A DNA stretch of 51,902 nt from Callorhinchus milii. Lineage: Eukaryota. Made by a program: the position numbers and the translations under genes. Positions 34,801 through 48,184 of the stretch are shown in pieces (position 1 is the stretch's first letter; each line of letters starts with the position of its first letter). The stretch lies in NCBI RefSeq assembly GCF_018977255.1, contig NW_024705356.1:1-51902 (forward strand), in the 5' to 3' direction. The notes under the pieces are model-generated. The model searched no databases. It saw only the letters and a program-made list of their open reading frames with translations, and was not told the origin of the DNA.

Positions 34801-37800
34801 TCTCTCTATCACACTTTGTCTCTATTGCAATCTTTCTCCTCTCTATCTTACTTTGTCTCTCTCTATTCCAATCCTTCTAACACACTCTCTCTCTATCGCT
34901 CTCCTTCTGTCGCCCAATTTTCCTCCTCTCTCACATTTCTTCTTTATCGCAATTTTTCTGCTTCTCTCTATTATACTTTCTCTCTCTATCACATTCTTTC
35001 TCATTCTTTCTAACACACTTTCTCTCTCTATCAGAATCGTTCTCTTTCTCTCTATCACACTTTCTCTCTCTATTACAATCTTTGCCCTCTCTGTCACTCT
35101 TTCTATCAGAATCTTTCTCCTCTCCATTACAACCTTTTCCGTCTCTGTCGCACTTTCTCTCTATCAGTATCTTTCTCTCTATTACACTTATTCTGTTACA
35201 ATCTTTCTTTCCCTCTATTGCAATCTTTCTCCTCTCTATCACTTTCACTCTATTACTATCTCTCTGCTCTCTATCACACTTTCTCTCTATCGCAATCTTT
35301 CTCCTTTTCTCTATTACAATCTTTCTCCTCTCTATCACACTTTTACTCTCTAATGCAATCTTTCTCCTTCTCTCCATCATACTTTGTCTCTCTCAATTAC
35401 AAACACTGTCCTCTCTCTCACTCCTATCAGAATCTTTCGCCTTCTCTCTATTACAACCTTTTCCATCTCTGTCGCACTTTCTGTGTATCACAATATTTCT
35501 CCTTCTCGCCATCGCACCTTCTAACACAATCTTTCTCCTTCTCTCTTTCACAGTTTGTCTTTTTCTATTACAATCTTTTTCCTTCTTTCTAACACACTTT
35601 CTCTCTCTATCTGAATTTCTCTCCATCTCTATCAAACTTTCTCTCTATCGTACGTTGTCTCTCTATTAAAATCTTTATCCTTCTTTCTAATACACTTCCT
35701 CCATTAGAATCGTTCTCTTTCTTTCTAACACACTTTCTCTCTCTATTAAATCTTTGCCCTCTCTATCACTCGTTCAATCAGAATCTTTGTCCTCTATTAC
35801 AACCTTTTTTCCTCTCTATCACACTTTCTCTCTATCGCAATCTTCCTCCTTTCTTTCACACTTTCTCTCTGTATTCCAATCTTTTTCCTTTCTAACACTT
35901 TCTCTCCCTCACACTTTCTCACTCTATCGTACTTTACCTCTGTATATTACAATCTTTCTCCTCTCTATCACACTTTCTGTCTATTGCCGTCTTTCTTCTT
36001 CTCTCTCTCTATTGCAATCTTTCTCCTTCTCTCTATCACACTTTCTCTCTCTCTCTCTATTCCAATCTTTCTAAAATACTTTATCGCATTCTTTCTCCTT
36101 TCTATTGTAATCTTTCTCCTTCTCTCTATCATACTTTGTCTCTATCACTTTCTCTCGAACACAATCTTTCTCCTCTCTCACAGTTTGCCCTTTTCTATCG
36201 CAATCTTCCTCCTCTCTTTCACACTTTCTCTCTCTCCATTCCAATCTTTTTCCTTCTTTCTCACACACTTTCTCTCTCTATCAGAATTTCTCTCCATCTC
36301 TCTATCAAACTTTCTCTCTATTGCAATCTTTCTCCTTCTCTCTATCACACTCTCTATTGCAATCTTTCTCCTTCTCTCTATCACACTCTCTATTGCAATC
36401 TTTCTCCTCTCTATTACAATTTCTCTCTATCACAATGTTTCTTCTCTCTTTCACACTTTCCCTCTCTATTCCAAACTTTCTCTATCGCACTTTCTGTCCG
36501 TCACAAACTTTTCCCTCTCTATCACTCTTTCTATCACAATGTTTCTCCTTCTCTCTATTACACTTTCTCTCTATCGCAATCTTTCTCCTTCTGTCTTTCA
36601 CTTTCTCTCTCTGCATTCCAATCTTTCTCCTTTCTAACACACTTTCTCTCTATTGTAATCTTTCTTCTCTCTATCGCACATTCTCCCTATCAGAATCTTT
36701 CTTCTTACCGCACTCTCTCTCTATTGCGATCACTCTCCTCTCTATCAGAATCTTTGTCCTCTATTACAAGCTTTTCCCTCTCTATCGCAATCTTTCTCTT
36801 TATCACTATCGCAATCTTTCTCCTTCTCTTTCACACTTTCTCTCTCTATTCCAATCTTTCTCCTTCTTTCTAACAAACTTTCTCTCCCTCTCACACTTTC
36901 TCACTCTTTCATACTTTTCCTCTGTATATTACAATCTTTCTCCTCTTTATCACACATTCTCTCTATCGCAGTCTTTCTCTTTATCACTATTGCAATCTTT
37001 CTCTTTCTCTCTATCACACTCTCTATTGCAATCTTTCTCCTCTCTATCACACTTTCTCTCTGTCACAATCTTTCTTCTCTTTCACACTTTCCCTTTCTGT
37101 TCCAAACTTTCTCTTCTCTATCACACTTTCTCTCTATTTTAATCTCTATCACTCTATCAGAATCTTTCTTCTCTCTATTACACTTTCTCTCTATTGCAAT
37201 CTTTCTCCATTCTATCGGACTTTGTCTCTCTCTATTCCAATCCTTCTAACACACTCTCTCTATCTATCGCTCTCCTCTCGCCCAATTTTCTTCCTCTCTC
37301 TCTCATTTCTTCTTTATCGCAATTTTTCTGCTTCTCTCTATTATACTTTCTCTCTCTATCAGAATCGTTCTCTTTCTCTCTCACACTTTCTCTCTCAATA
37401 ACAACCTTTTCCGTCTATGTCACACTTTCTCTCTATCACATTTGCTCTCTATTACAAGCTTTTCCCTCTCTATCAGAATCTTTCTCCTTAACACACTCTC
37501 TCTCTCTATTCCAATTTTTCTAACACACTTTCTCTCTATCGTATTCTTTCTCCTCTCTATCACACTTTCTCTTTCACACTTTCTCTTCTGTCACACTTTC
37601 TCTCTATTTTAATCTCTCTCCTCTATATCACTCTTTCTATCAGAATCTTTCTCCTCTCTATTACAGACTTATCCGTCTCTGTCACACTCTCTATTAGAAC
37701 ATTTCTCCTCTCTGTCACACTTTCTCTCTCTATTACAAACTTTTCCCTCTCTATCTCTCTTTCTATCAGAATATTTCTCCTTCTCTCTATTACACTTTGT

Positions 37801-40414
37801 ATCACAATTTTTCTCCTCTCAATCAGTTTCTCTCTATTGCAATCTTTCTCCTTCTCTCTATCACTCTTTCTCTTTATTCCATCTTTCTATCACACTTCCT
37901 CTCTATCGCATTCTTTCTCCTCTCTATTGCAATCTTTCTCTTCTCTATCACACTTTCTCTCTATTTTAATCTCCTCTCTATGACTCTTTCTATCAGAATC
38001 TTTCTCCTCTCTATTACAATCTTTTCCGTTTCTGTCACACTTTCTCTCTATCACACTCTCTGTTGCAATCTTTCTCCTCTCTATCGTACTTTGTCTCTCT
38101 CTATTCCAATCCTTCTAACACACTTTCTCTCTCTATCGCTCCCCTTCTGTCGCCCAATTTTCCTCCTCTCACATTTCTTCTTTATCCAATTTTTCTGCTT
38201 CTCTCTGTTACACTTTCTCTCTCTCTATCACAATCTTTCTCCTAACACTTTCTTTCTCTATCAGAATCGTTCTCTTTCTCTCTATCACACTTTCTCTCTC
38301 TATTAAATCTTTGCCGTCTCTATCACTCTATCAGAATATTTCTCCTTTCTATTGCAACCTTTTCCGTCTCTGTCACACTTTCTCTCTATCACTTTCACTC
38401 TCTAATGTAATCTTTCTCCTTCTCTCCATCATACTTTGTCTCTTTCTATTACAAACGTTGCCCTCTCTCTCACTCCTATCAGAATTTTCGCCTTCTCTCT
38501 ATTACAACCTTTTCCGCCTCTGTCGCACTTTCTGTGTATCACAATATTCCTCCTTCTCGCCATCGCACCTTCTCACCATCGCAATGTTTCTCCTTCTTTC
38601 TAACACTTTCTCTCTATCAGAATCTTTCTCCTCTCTACCGCAGTTTTTCTCTGTTACAATCTTTCTTTCTCTTCTCTATAACACTTTCTCTCTATTGTAA
38701 TCTTTCTCCTCTCTATCACACTCTCTCTCTATCGCAATCACTCTCCTCTCTATCAGAATCTTTGTCCTCTATTACAACCTTTTCCCTCTCTATCGCAATC
38801 TTTCTCCTCTCTCACACTTCCTCTCTCTGTATTCCAATCTTTCTCCTTTCTAACACACTTTCTCACTCTATTGTACTTCACCTCTGTATACTACAATCTT
38901 TCTCCTCTTTATTACACTTTCTCTCTATCGCAATCTTTCTCCTCTCTGTCACACTTTCTCTCCATCACAATCTTTCTTCTCTCTTTCACACTTCCCTCTC
39001 TATTCCAAACTTTCTCTTCTCTGTCTCACTTTCTCTCTATTTTCATCTCTTCTCTATATCACTCTTTCTATCAGAATATTTCTCCTTTCTATTACACTTT
39101 CTCTCTCTATTCCAATCCTTCTAACACTCTCTCTATCGCTCTCCTTCTGTCGCCCAATTTTCCTCCTCTCTCTCTCATTTCTTTAACACAATTTTTCTAC
39201 TTCTCTATTATACTTTCTCTCTCTCACAATCTTTCTCCTTTCTAACACACTTTCTCTCTATCAGAATCGTTCTCTTTCTCTCTCACACTTTCTCTCTCTA
39301 TTACAATCTTTTCCTCTCTATCAGAATCTTTCTCCTTACCACTCTCTCTCTCGATTGCAAACTTTCTCTCTCTCTATTCCAATCTTTCTCACACACTTTC
39401 TCCCTATTACAATCTTTCATCACACTTTCTCCCTATTACAATCTTTCTTCACACTTTCTCTCTATCACAATCTTTCTTCTCTCTTTCACACTTTCCCTCT
39501 CTATTCCAAACTTTCTCTTCTCTGTCACACTTTCTCTCTATTTTAATCTCTCTCCTCTCTATCACTCTTTCTATCAGAATCTTTCTCCTCTCTATCTGAC
39601 TTTGTGTGTCTCTCTATTCCAATCCGTCTAACACACTTTCTCTCTCTATCGTTCTCCTTCTGTCGCCCAATTTTCCTCCTCTCTCACATTTCTTCTTTAT
39701 CGCAATTTTTCTGCTTCTCTCTATTGTACGTTCCCTCTCTCTATCACATTCTTTCTCCTTCTTTCTAACACACTTTCTCTCTCTATCACACTTTCTCTCT
39801 ATTGCAATCTTCTCTCAATCACACTTTCTATTGCAATCTTTCTCCTTCTCTCCATCACACTCTCTGTATATTGCAATGTTTCTCCTCTCTATCACACACT
39901 CTCTCTCTATTCCAATATTTCTCACACACTTTCTCTCTATCGCATTCTTTCTCCTCTCTATTGCAATCTTTCTCCTCTCTATCACACTTTCTCTCCATCA
40001 CAACCTTTCTCCTTCTATCACGCTTTCACTCTATTTTAATCTCTCTCCTCTCTATGACTCTTTCTATCAGAATCTTTCTCCTCTATTAGAAACTTTTGCG
40101 ACTGTCACACTTTCTCTCTATCAGAATATTTCTCCTCTGTCACACTCTTTCTCTATTACAAACTTTTCCCTCTATCTCTCTTTCTATCGGAATCTTTCTC
40201 GTCTCTATCACACTTTCTCCCTTTTGCAATTTTTCTCCTCTCAATCAGTTTCTCTCTATTGCAAATTTTCTCCTTCTCTCTATCACACTTTCTCTCTATC
40301 GCATTCTTTCTCCTCTCTATTGCAATCTGTCTCTTCTCTATCACACTTTCTCTCTATTTTAATCTCTCTCCTCTCTATCATTCTCTCTATCAGAATCTTT
40401 CTCCTCTCTCTCAC

Positions 40415-40589
40415 ACCTTCTCTTTGACCTTCAGCTCAACTCTCTAACCCCTCCTCGCTCCCTCCCTTCCCTCCCCTCACCCTCACCATTTCCCCCCAAT
40501 GCTCGGGTCCTGACCTAACTGTACAGCGCCTCGGGACGTCCTCCCGACGTGAAAGGCGCTCAATAAATGGAATCTTGTTGTTGCTGTTG
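40415..40589 (+). mobile_element. L2 3' UTR and tail fragment
   Basis: Single-copy 3' UTR unit, tail, and (TGT)n end. Confidence 0.88.
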
Positions 40590-41661
40590 CAATCTTTCTC
40601 CTCTATCAAACTTTCTCTCTATCGCAATCTTTCTCCTCTTTCACACTTTCTCTCTATTGCAATCTTTCTACTTCTCTCTATCGCCCTTTCTCTCTCTCTC
40701 TATTCCTATCTTTCTAACACACTTTATCGCATTCTTTCTCCTTCTCTCTGTCATACTTTATCTCTCTCTATCACACTCTCTCTAACACAATATTTCTCCT
40801 CTCTTTCACAGTTTGTCTTTTTCTATTACAATCTTTCTCCTTCTTTCTAACACACTTTCTCTCTCTATCAGAATCGTTCTCTTTCTCTCTATCACACTTT
40901 CTCTATTACAATCTTTGCCCTCTCTATCACTCTTTCTATCAGAATTTTTCTCCTCTCCATTACAACCTTTTCCGTCTCTGTCACACTTTCTCTCTATCGG
41001 TATCTTTCTCCTTTTTATTACACGTATTCTTTGTTAAAATCTTTCTTTCCCTCTATTGCAATCTTTCTCCTCTATCACTTTCTCTCTATCGCAATCTTTC
41101 TCCTTTTCTCTATCACAATCTTTCTCCTCTTTATCACACTTTCTGTCACAATCTTTCTCACTATTGCAATCTTTCTCCTCTATCACTCTATTGCCGTCTT
41201 TCTCCTTCTCTGTCACACTTTCTCTTTCTAACACACTTTATCACATTCTTTCTCCTCTCTATTGTAATCTTTCTCCTCTATCATACTCTGTTCCTCTGTC
41301 ACACTTTCTCTCTAACACAATCTTTCTCCTCTCTTTCACAGTTTGTCTTTTTCTATTACAATCTGTTTCCTTCTTTCTAACACACTTTCTCTCTCTATCA
41401 GAATCATTTACTTTCTCTCTATCGCAATCTTTCTCCTTTTCTCTATCACACTTTCACTCTCCAATGCAATCTTTCTCCTTCTCTCCATCATACTTTGTCT
41501 CTCTGTATCACAAACGTTGTCCTCTCTCTCACTCGTTTCATAATCTTTCACCTTCTCTATTACAACCTTTTCCGTCTCTATCTCACTTTCTGTCTATCAC
41601 AATATTTCTCATTCTCACCATCGCAATGTTTCTCCTTTTTTCTAACACACTTTCTCTCTAT

Positions 41662-42313
41662 GGACTATGGGAACTCTCTCCTCGCGGCCTTCCCGCCACC
41701 TCCCTCCACACTGCAGGTCATTCAGAACTCTGCAGCTCGTGTACTGTCCCGCACCAGACACCGCGACCACACCACACCCACCCTCACCCTCACCCTCACT
41801 CCCACCCTCACCCTCACTCCCACCCTCACCCTCACTCCCACCCTCGCTCGCCTCCACTGCTCCCCATCCCCCAGAGGATTGATTTCAAGATCCTCATCCT
41901 CACCTACAAGGCCATTCACAGCCTCGCTCCCTCCTACCTCTCCAACCTACTATCCCCCTACCTACCTGCCCGTACCCTCCGTTCCTCCGGCTCCGGTCTG
42001 CTCTACGTCCTCCGCCCCAACCGCCCGACCATCGGTGGCCTTCAGCCTCTCAGCCCCCAGGCTCTGGAACTCTATCCCCAGTGCCTTCGCCGCCTCCTCC
42101 CTTTCCTCCTTCAAGGCCGGTCTCAAAACCTTTCTCTTTGACCGAGCCTTCAGCTCCCCTCTCGACTCTCTACCCCCTCCTCGCTCCCTCCCTTCCCTCC
42201 CCTCACCCTGACCATTTCCCCAATGCTCGGGTCATGACCCAACTGTGCAGCGCCTTGGGACGTCCTCCTGACGTGAAAGGCGCTTTATAAATGGAATGTT
42301 GTTGTTGTTGTTG
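41662..42313 (+). mobile_element. L2 3' fragment (ORF2 C-terminus and 3' UTR)
   Basis: DYGNSLL..LQVIQNSAARVLSRTRHRDHTTP..IPQRIDFKILILTYKAIHSLAPSYLSNLLSPYLPARTLRSS; TAT duplicated at the ends. Confidence 0.93.
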
Positions 42314-45300
42314 TATCACATTTGCTCTCTCTATTAAAACATTTTCCCTCTATCAGAATCATTCTCCTTACCACACACTCTCTCTATTACAACCATTCTC
42401 CTCTCTATCACTCCTCTCAATTGCAATCACTGTCCTCTCTATCAGAATCGTTGTCCTCTCTATTACAACCTTTTCCCTCTCTATCACACTTTCTCTCTAT
42501 CACACTTTGTCTCTATTGCAATCTTTCGCCTCTCTGTCACAGTTTCTCTCTATTGCAATCTTTCTGCTCTCTATCACACTCTCTCTCTATTGCAATCTTA
42601 TCTCTATCACACTTTGTCTCTCTCTATTCCAATCCTTCAAACACACACTCTCTCTCTATCGCTCTCCTTCTGTCGCCCAATTTTCCTCCTCTCTCATTTC
42701 TTAATCACAATTTTTTTGCTTCTCTCTATTATACATTCTCTCTCTCGATCACAATCTTTCCCCTTCTTTCTAATACTTTCTCTCTCTATGAGAATCGTTC
42801 TCTTTCTCTCTCTGTTACAACCTTTTCCGTCTATGTCACACTTTCTCTCTGTCAGAATATTTCTCCTCTGTCAAACTTTCTCTGTTACAAACTTTTCCCT
42901 CTCTATCACTCTTTCTATCAGAATGTTTCTCCTTCTCTCAATCACACTTTCTCTCTATTGCAATCTTTCTCCTTCTCTCAATCACACTTTCTCTCTATTG
43001 CAATCTTTTTCCTCTCAATCACACTTTGTCTCACTCTATTCCAGTCCTTCTCACACTCTCTCTCTATCGCTCTCCTTCTGTCCCCCAATTTTCCTCCCCT
43101 CTCGCATTTCTTCTTTATTGCAATTTTTCTGCTCTCTATTATACTTTCTCTCTCTATAACAATCAGAGTCATTCACTTTCTCTCTATCACAATCTTTCTC
43201 CTCTCTATCACACTTTCACTGTCTAATGCAATCTTTCTCCTTCTCTCCATCATACTTCGTCTCTCTCTATTACAAACGTTGTCCGCTCTCACTCCTATCA
43301 GAATCTTTCACCTTCTCTCTATTACAACCTTTTCCGTCTCTGTCGCACTTTCTGTGTATCACAATATTTCTCCTTCTCGCCATTGCAGTGTTTCTCCTTC
43401 TTTCTGACACACTTTCTCTCTATCACATTTGCTCTCTATTACAAGCTTTTCCCTCTCTATCACATTTTGTCTCTATCAGAATTTTTCTCCTTACCGCACT
43501 CTCTCTACTGCAATCTTTCTCCTCTCTATCAAACTTTCTCTCTATCGCAATCTTTCTCCTCTCTTTCACACTTTCTCTACATTCCAATCTTTCTCCTTCT
43601 TTCTAACACTTTCTCTCCCTCTCACACTTTCTCACTCTATCGTACTTTACCTCTGTGTATTCCAATCTTTCTCCTCTCTATCACACTTTCTCTCTATCAC
43701 ACTTTGTCTCTATTGCAATCTTTCGCCTCTCTGTCACAGTTTCTCTCTATTGCAATCTTTCTCCTCTCTATCACACTCTCTCTCTATTGTAATCTTCTCT
43801 CTATCACACTTTGTCTCTCTCTATTCCAATCCTTCAAACACACACTCTCTCTCTATCGCTCTCCTTCTGTCGCCCAATTTTCCTCCTCTCTCATTTCTTA
43901 ATCACAATTTTTTTGCTTCTCTCTATTATACATTCTCTCTCTCGATCACAATCTTTCCCCTTCTTTCTAATACTTTCTCTCTCTATGAGAATCGTTCTCT
44001 TTCTTCTATCTGTTACAACCTTTTCCGTCTATGTCACACTTTCTCTCTGTCAGAATATTTCTCCTCTGTCAAACTTTCTCTGTTACAAACTTTTCCCTCT
44101 CTATCACTCTTTCTATCAGAATGTTTCTCCTTCTCTCAATCACACTTTCTCTCTATTGCAATCTTTCTCCTTCTCTCAATCACACATTCTCTCTATTGCA
44201 ATCTTTCTCCTTTCTATCACACTTTGTCTCACTCTATTCCAGTCCTTCTAACACTCTCTCTCTATCGCTCTCCTTCTGTCCCAATTTTCCTCCCCTCTCA
44301 CATTTCTTCTTTATTGCAATTTTTCTGCTCTCTATTATACTTTCTCTCTCTATAACAATCAGAGTCATTCACTTTCTCTCTATCACAATCTTTCTCCTCT
44401 CTATCACACTTTCACTGTCTAATGCAATCTTTCTCCTTCTCTCCATCATACTTCGTCTCTCTCTATTACAAACGTTGTCCGCTCTCACTCCTATCAGAAT
44501 CTTTCACCTTCTCTCTATTACAACCTTTTCCGTCTCTGTCGCACTTTCTGTGTATCACAATATTTCTCCTTCTCGCCATTGCAGTGTTTCTCCTTCTTTC
44601 TGACACACTTTCTCTCTATCACATTTGCTCTCTATTACAAGCTTTTCCCTCTCTATCACATTTTGTCTCTATCAGAATTTTTCTCCTTACCGCACTCTCT
44701 CTACTGCAATCTTTCTCCTCTCTATCAAACTTTCTCTCTATCGCAATCTTTCTCCTCTCTTTCACACTTTCTCTACATTCCAATCTTTCTCCTTCTTTCT
44801 AACACTTTCTCTCCCTCTCACACTTTCTCACTCTATCGTACGTTATCTCTGTGTATTACAATCTTTCTCCGCTTTTTCACACTTTCTCTCTATTGCAATC
44901 TTTCTACTTCTCTCTATCGCACTTTCTCTCTCTCTATTCCAATCTTTCTAACACACTTTATCGCATTCTTTCTCCTTCTCTGTCATACTTTGTCTCTCTC
45001 TATCACACTCTCTCTAACACAATATTTCTCCTCTCTTTCACAGTTTGTCTTTTTCTATTACAATCTTTTTCCTTCTTTCTAACACACTTTCTCTCTCTAT
45101 CAGAATCGTTCTCTTTCTCTCTATCACACTTTCTCTCTCTCTATTACAATTTTTGCCCTCTCTATCACTCTTTCTATCAGAATCTTTCTCCTCTCTATTA
45201 CAACCTTTTCCGTCACTGTCACTTTTCTCTATCAGAATATTTCTCCTCTCCGTCACACTTTCTCTCCATCACACTTTCTCTCTCTGTTACAAACTTTTCC

Positions 45301-48006
45301 CTCTCTATCACTCTTTCTATCAGAATCTTTCTCCTCTATCCCACTTTCTCTCTATCGCAATCTTTCTCCTCTGTATCACACTTTCTCTCTTCTCTATTCC
45401 AATCTTTGACACACTTTCTATTACAATCTTTCTCCTCTTTATCACACTTTCTCTCTATCGCAATCTTTCTCTTTCTCACTATTGCAATCTTTTTCCTTCT
45501 CTCTATCACACTTTCTCTCTATTGCAATCTTTCTCCTCTCTATCAAACTTTCTATCTCTCTATTCCAATTCTTCTAACACACTTTCTCTCTCTATCGCTC
45601 CTTCTCTCGCCCAATTTTCTCCTCTCACATTTCTTCTTTATCACAATTTTTCTGCTTCTCTATTATACTTTCTCTCTCTCTATCACAATCTTTCTCATTC
45701 TTTCTAACACACTTTCTCTTTCAGAATCGTTCTCTTTCTCTCTATCACTCTTTCTGTCTGAATTTCTCTCTATCACAAACTTTTCCGTCTCTGTCACACT
45801 TTCTATCAGAATCTTTGTCCTCTCTATCACACTTTCTCTCTCTATCACAAGCTTTTCCCTCTCTATCACACTTTCTCTCTATCAAAATCTTTCTGCTTTT
45901 CACTCTCTATTGCAATCCTTCTCCTCTATCAAACTTTCTCTCTATCGCAATCTTCCTCCTCTTTCACACTTTCTGTCACAATCTTTCTCACTATTGCAAT
46001 CTTTCTCCTCTATCACACTCTATTGCCGTCTTTCTCCTTCTCTGTCACACTTTCTCTTTCTAACACACTTTATCACATTCTTTCTCCTTCTCTCTATTGT
46101 AATCTTTCTCCTCTATCATACTCTGTTCCTCTATCACACTTTCTCTCTAACACAATCTTTCTCCTCTCTTTCACAGTTTGTCTTTTTCTATTACAATCTT
46201 TTTCCTTCTTTCTAACACAATTTCTCTCTCTATCAGAATTTCTCTCCATCTCTCTATCAAACTTTCTCTCTATTGCAATCTTTCTCCTCTGTCACAATCT
46301 CTGTCTCATGCCATCTTTCTCCTCTATCACACTCTCTCTATTGCAATAATTCTCCTTCTCTCTATCACGCTCTCTCTCTATTGCAATCTTTCTCCTATCA
46401 CACTCTCTCTCTCTATTCCAATCTTTCTAACACACTTCATCGCATTCTTTCTGCTTCTCTCTATTGTAATCTTTCTCCTTCTCTCTTTCACACTTTCTCT
46501 CTAACACAATCTTTCTCCTCTTTCACAGTTTGTCTTTTTCTATTACAATCTTTTTCCTTCTTTCTAACACACTTTCTCCTTCGATCAGAATTTCTCTCCC
46601 TCTCTCTATCAAACTTTCTCTCTATTGCAATCTTCATCCTCTCTATCGTATGTTCTCTCTATTAAAATCTTTCTCCTTCTTTCTAATACACTTTCTCTCT
46701 CATCAGAATCTTTCTCCTTCTCTCTATCACACTTTCACTCTAACGCCATCTTTCTCCATCATACTTTGTCTCTCTCTATTACAAACGTTGCCCTCTCACT
46801 CACTCCTATCAGAATCTTTCACCTTCTCTCTATTACAACCTTTTCCGTCTCTGTCGCACTTTCTCTGTATCAGAATATTTCTCCTCTGTCACACTTTCTC
46901 TCTGTCACTCTTTCTCTCTGTTACAAACATTTCCCTCTCTATCACTCTTTCTATCAGAGTCTTTCTCCTTCTCTCAATCACAGTTTCTCTCTATTGCAAT
47001 CTTTCTCCTCTCTATCACAATTTCTCTCTATTTTAATCTCTATCCTTTCTATCACTCTTTCTATCAGAATCTTTCTCCTCTCTATCACACTTTCTCTCTA
47101 TCACAATCTTTCTCCTTCTGTCTTTCACACTTTCTCTCTTTGCCTTCCAATCTTTCTCCTTTTTAACACACTTTCTCTCTATCAGAATGTTTCTCCTGTC
47201 AAACCTTCTCTCCGTCACACTTTCTCTTTCGATTACAAAGTTTTCCCTCTATCTCTCTTTCTATCAAAATCTTTCTCCTTCTCTCTATTACACTTGGTCT
47301 CTATTGCAATTTTTCTCCTTCTCTCAATCAGTTTCTCTCTATTGCAATCTTTCTCTTCTCTATGGCACTTTCTCCATATTTTAATCTTTCTCCACTCTAT
47401 CACTCTCTCTATCAGAATCTTTCTCCTCTCTATTACACTTTCTCTCTATCACAATCTTTCTTCTCCCTTTCACACTTTCCTTCTCTATTCCAAACTTTCT
47501 CTATTGCACTTTCTCTCCATCACAAACTTTTCCCTCTCTATCACTCTTTCTATCAGAATGTTTCTCCTTCTCTCTATCACACTCTCTCTCTATCACAATC
47601 TTTCTCCTTCTGTCTTTCACTTTCTCTCTCTGCCTTCCAATCTTTCTCCTCCTTTCTAACACTTTCTCTCTATCGCAATCTTTCTTCTCTCTATCACACG
47701 TTCTCTCTATCACACTTTCACTCTCTAATGCAATCTTTCTCCTTCTCTCCATCATACTTTGTCTCTCTCTATTACAACGTTGCCCTCTCTCACTCCTATC
47801 AGAATCTTTCACTTTCTCTCTATTACAACCTTTTCTCTCTGTCATACTGTCTCTCTAACACAATCTTTCTCCTGCTCTCTTTCACAGTTTGTCTTTTTCT
47901 ATGACAATCTTTCTCCTTCTTTCTAACACACTTTCTCTCTCTATCAGAATTTCTCTCCATCTCTCTATCAAACTTTCTTCCATTGTAATCTTTATCCTCT
48001 CTATCG

Positions 48007-48151
48007 TCAATCCACGACTGTTTGTGGGACATTGCTGTGCGCAATTGGCTGCCGCGTTCGCCCACAAATATACAGTCAATTCACTTTACAGGTGTGTTCT
48101 GTGAAGCGCTTTGGGACGTCCTCCCGACGTGAAAAGCGCTATATCAAATGC

Positions 48152-48184
<33 letters not shown>
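48007..48184 (+). mobile_element. 5'-truncated Deu-domain SINE
   Basis: Deu body plus tail with a long (TTA)n. Confidence 0.9.

Noticed and set aside
41776..41845. Interstitial telomere-variant (TGAGGG)n repeat
   Set aside because: Derives from L2 coding sequence; no TTAGGG array is present.
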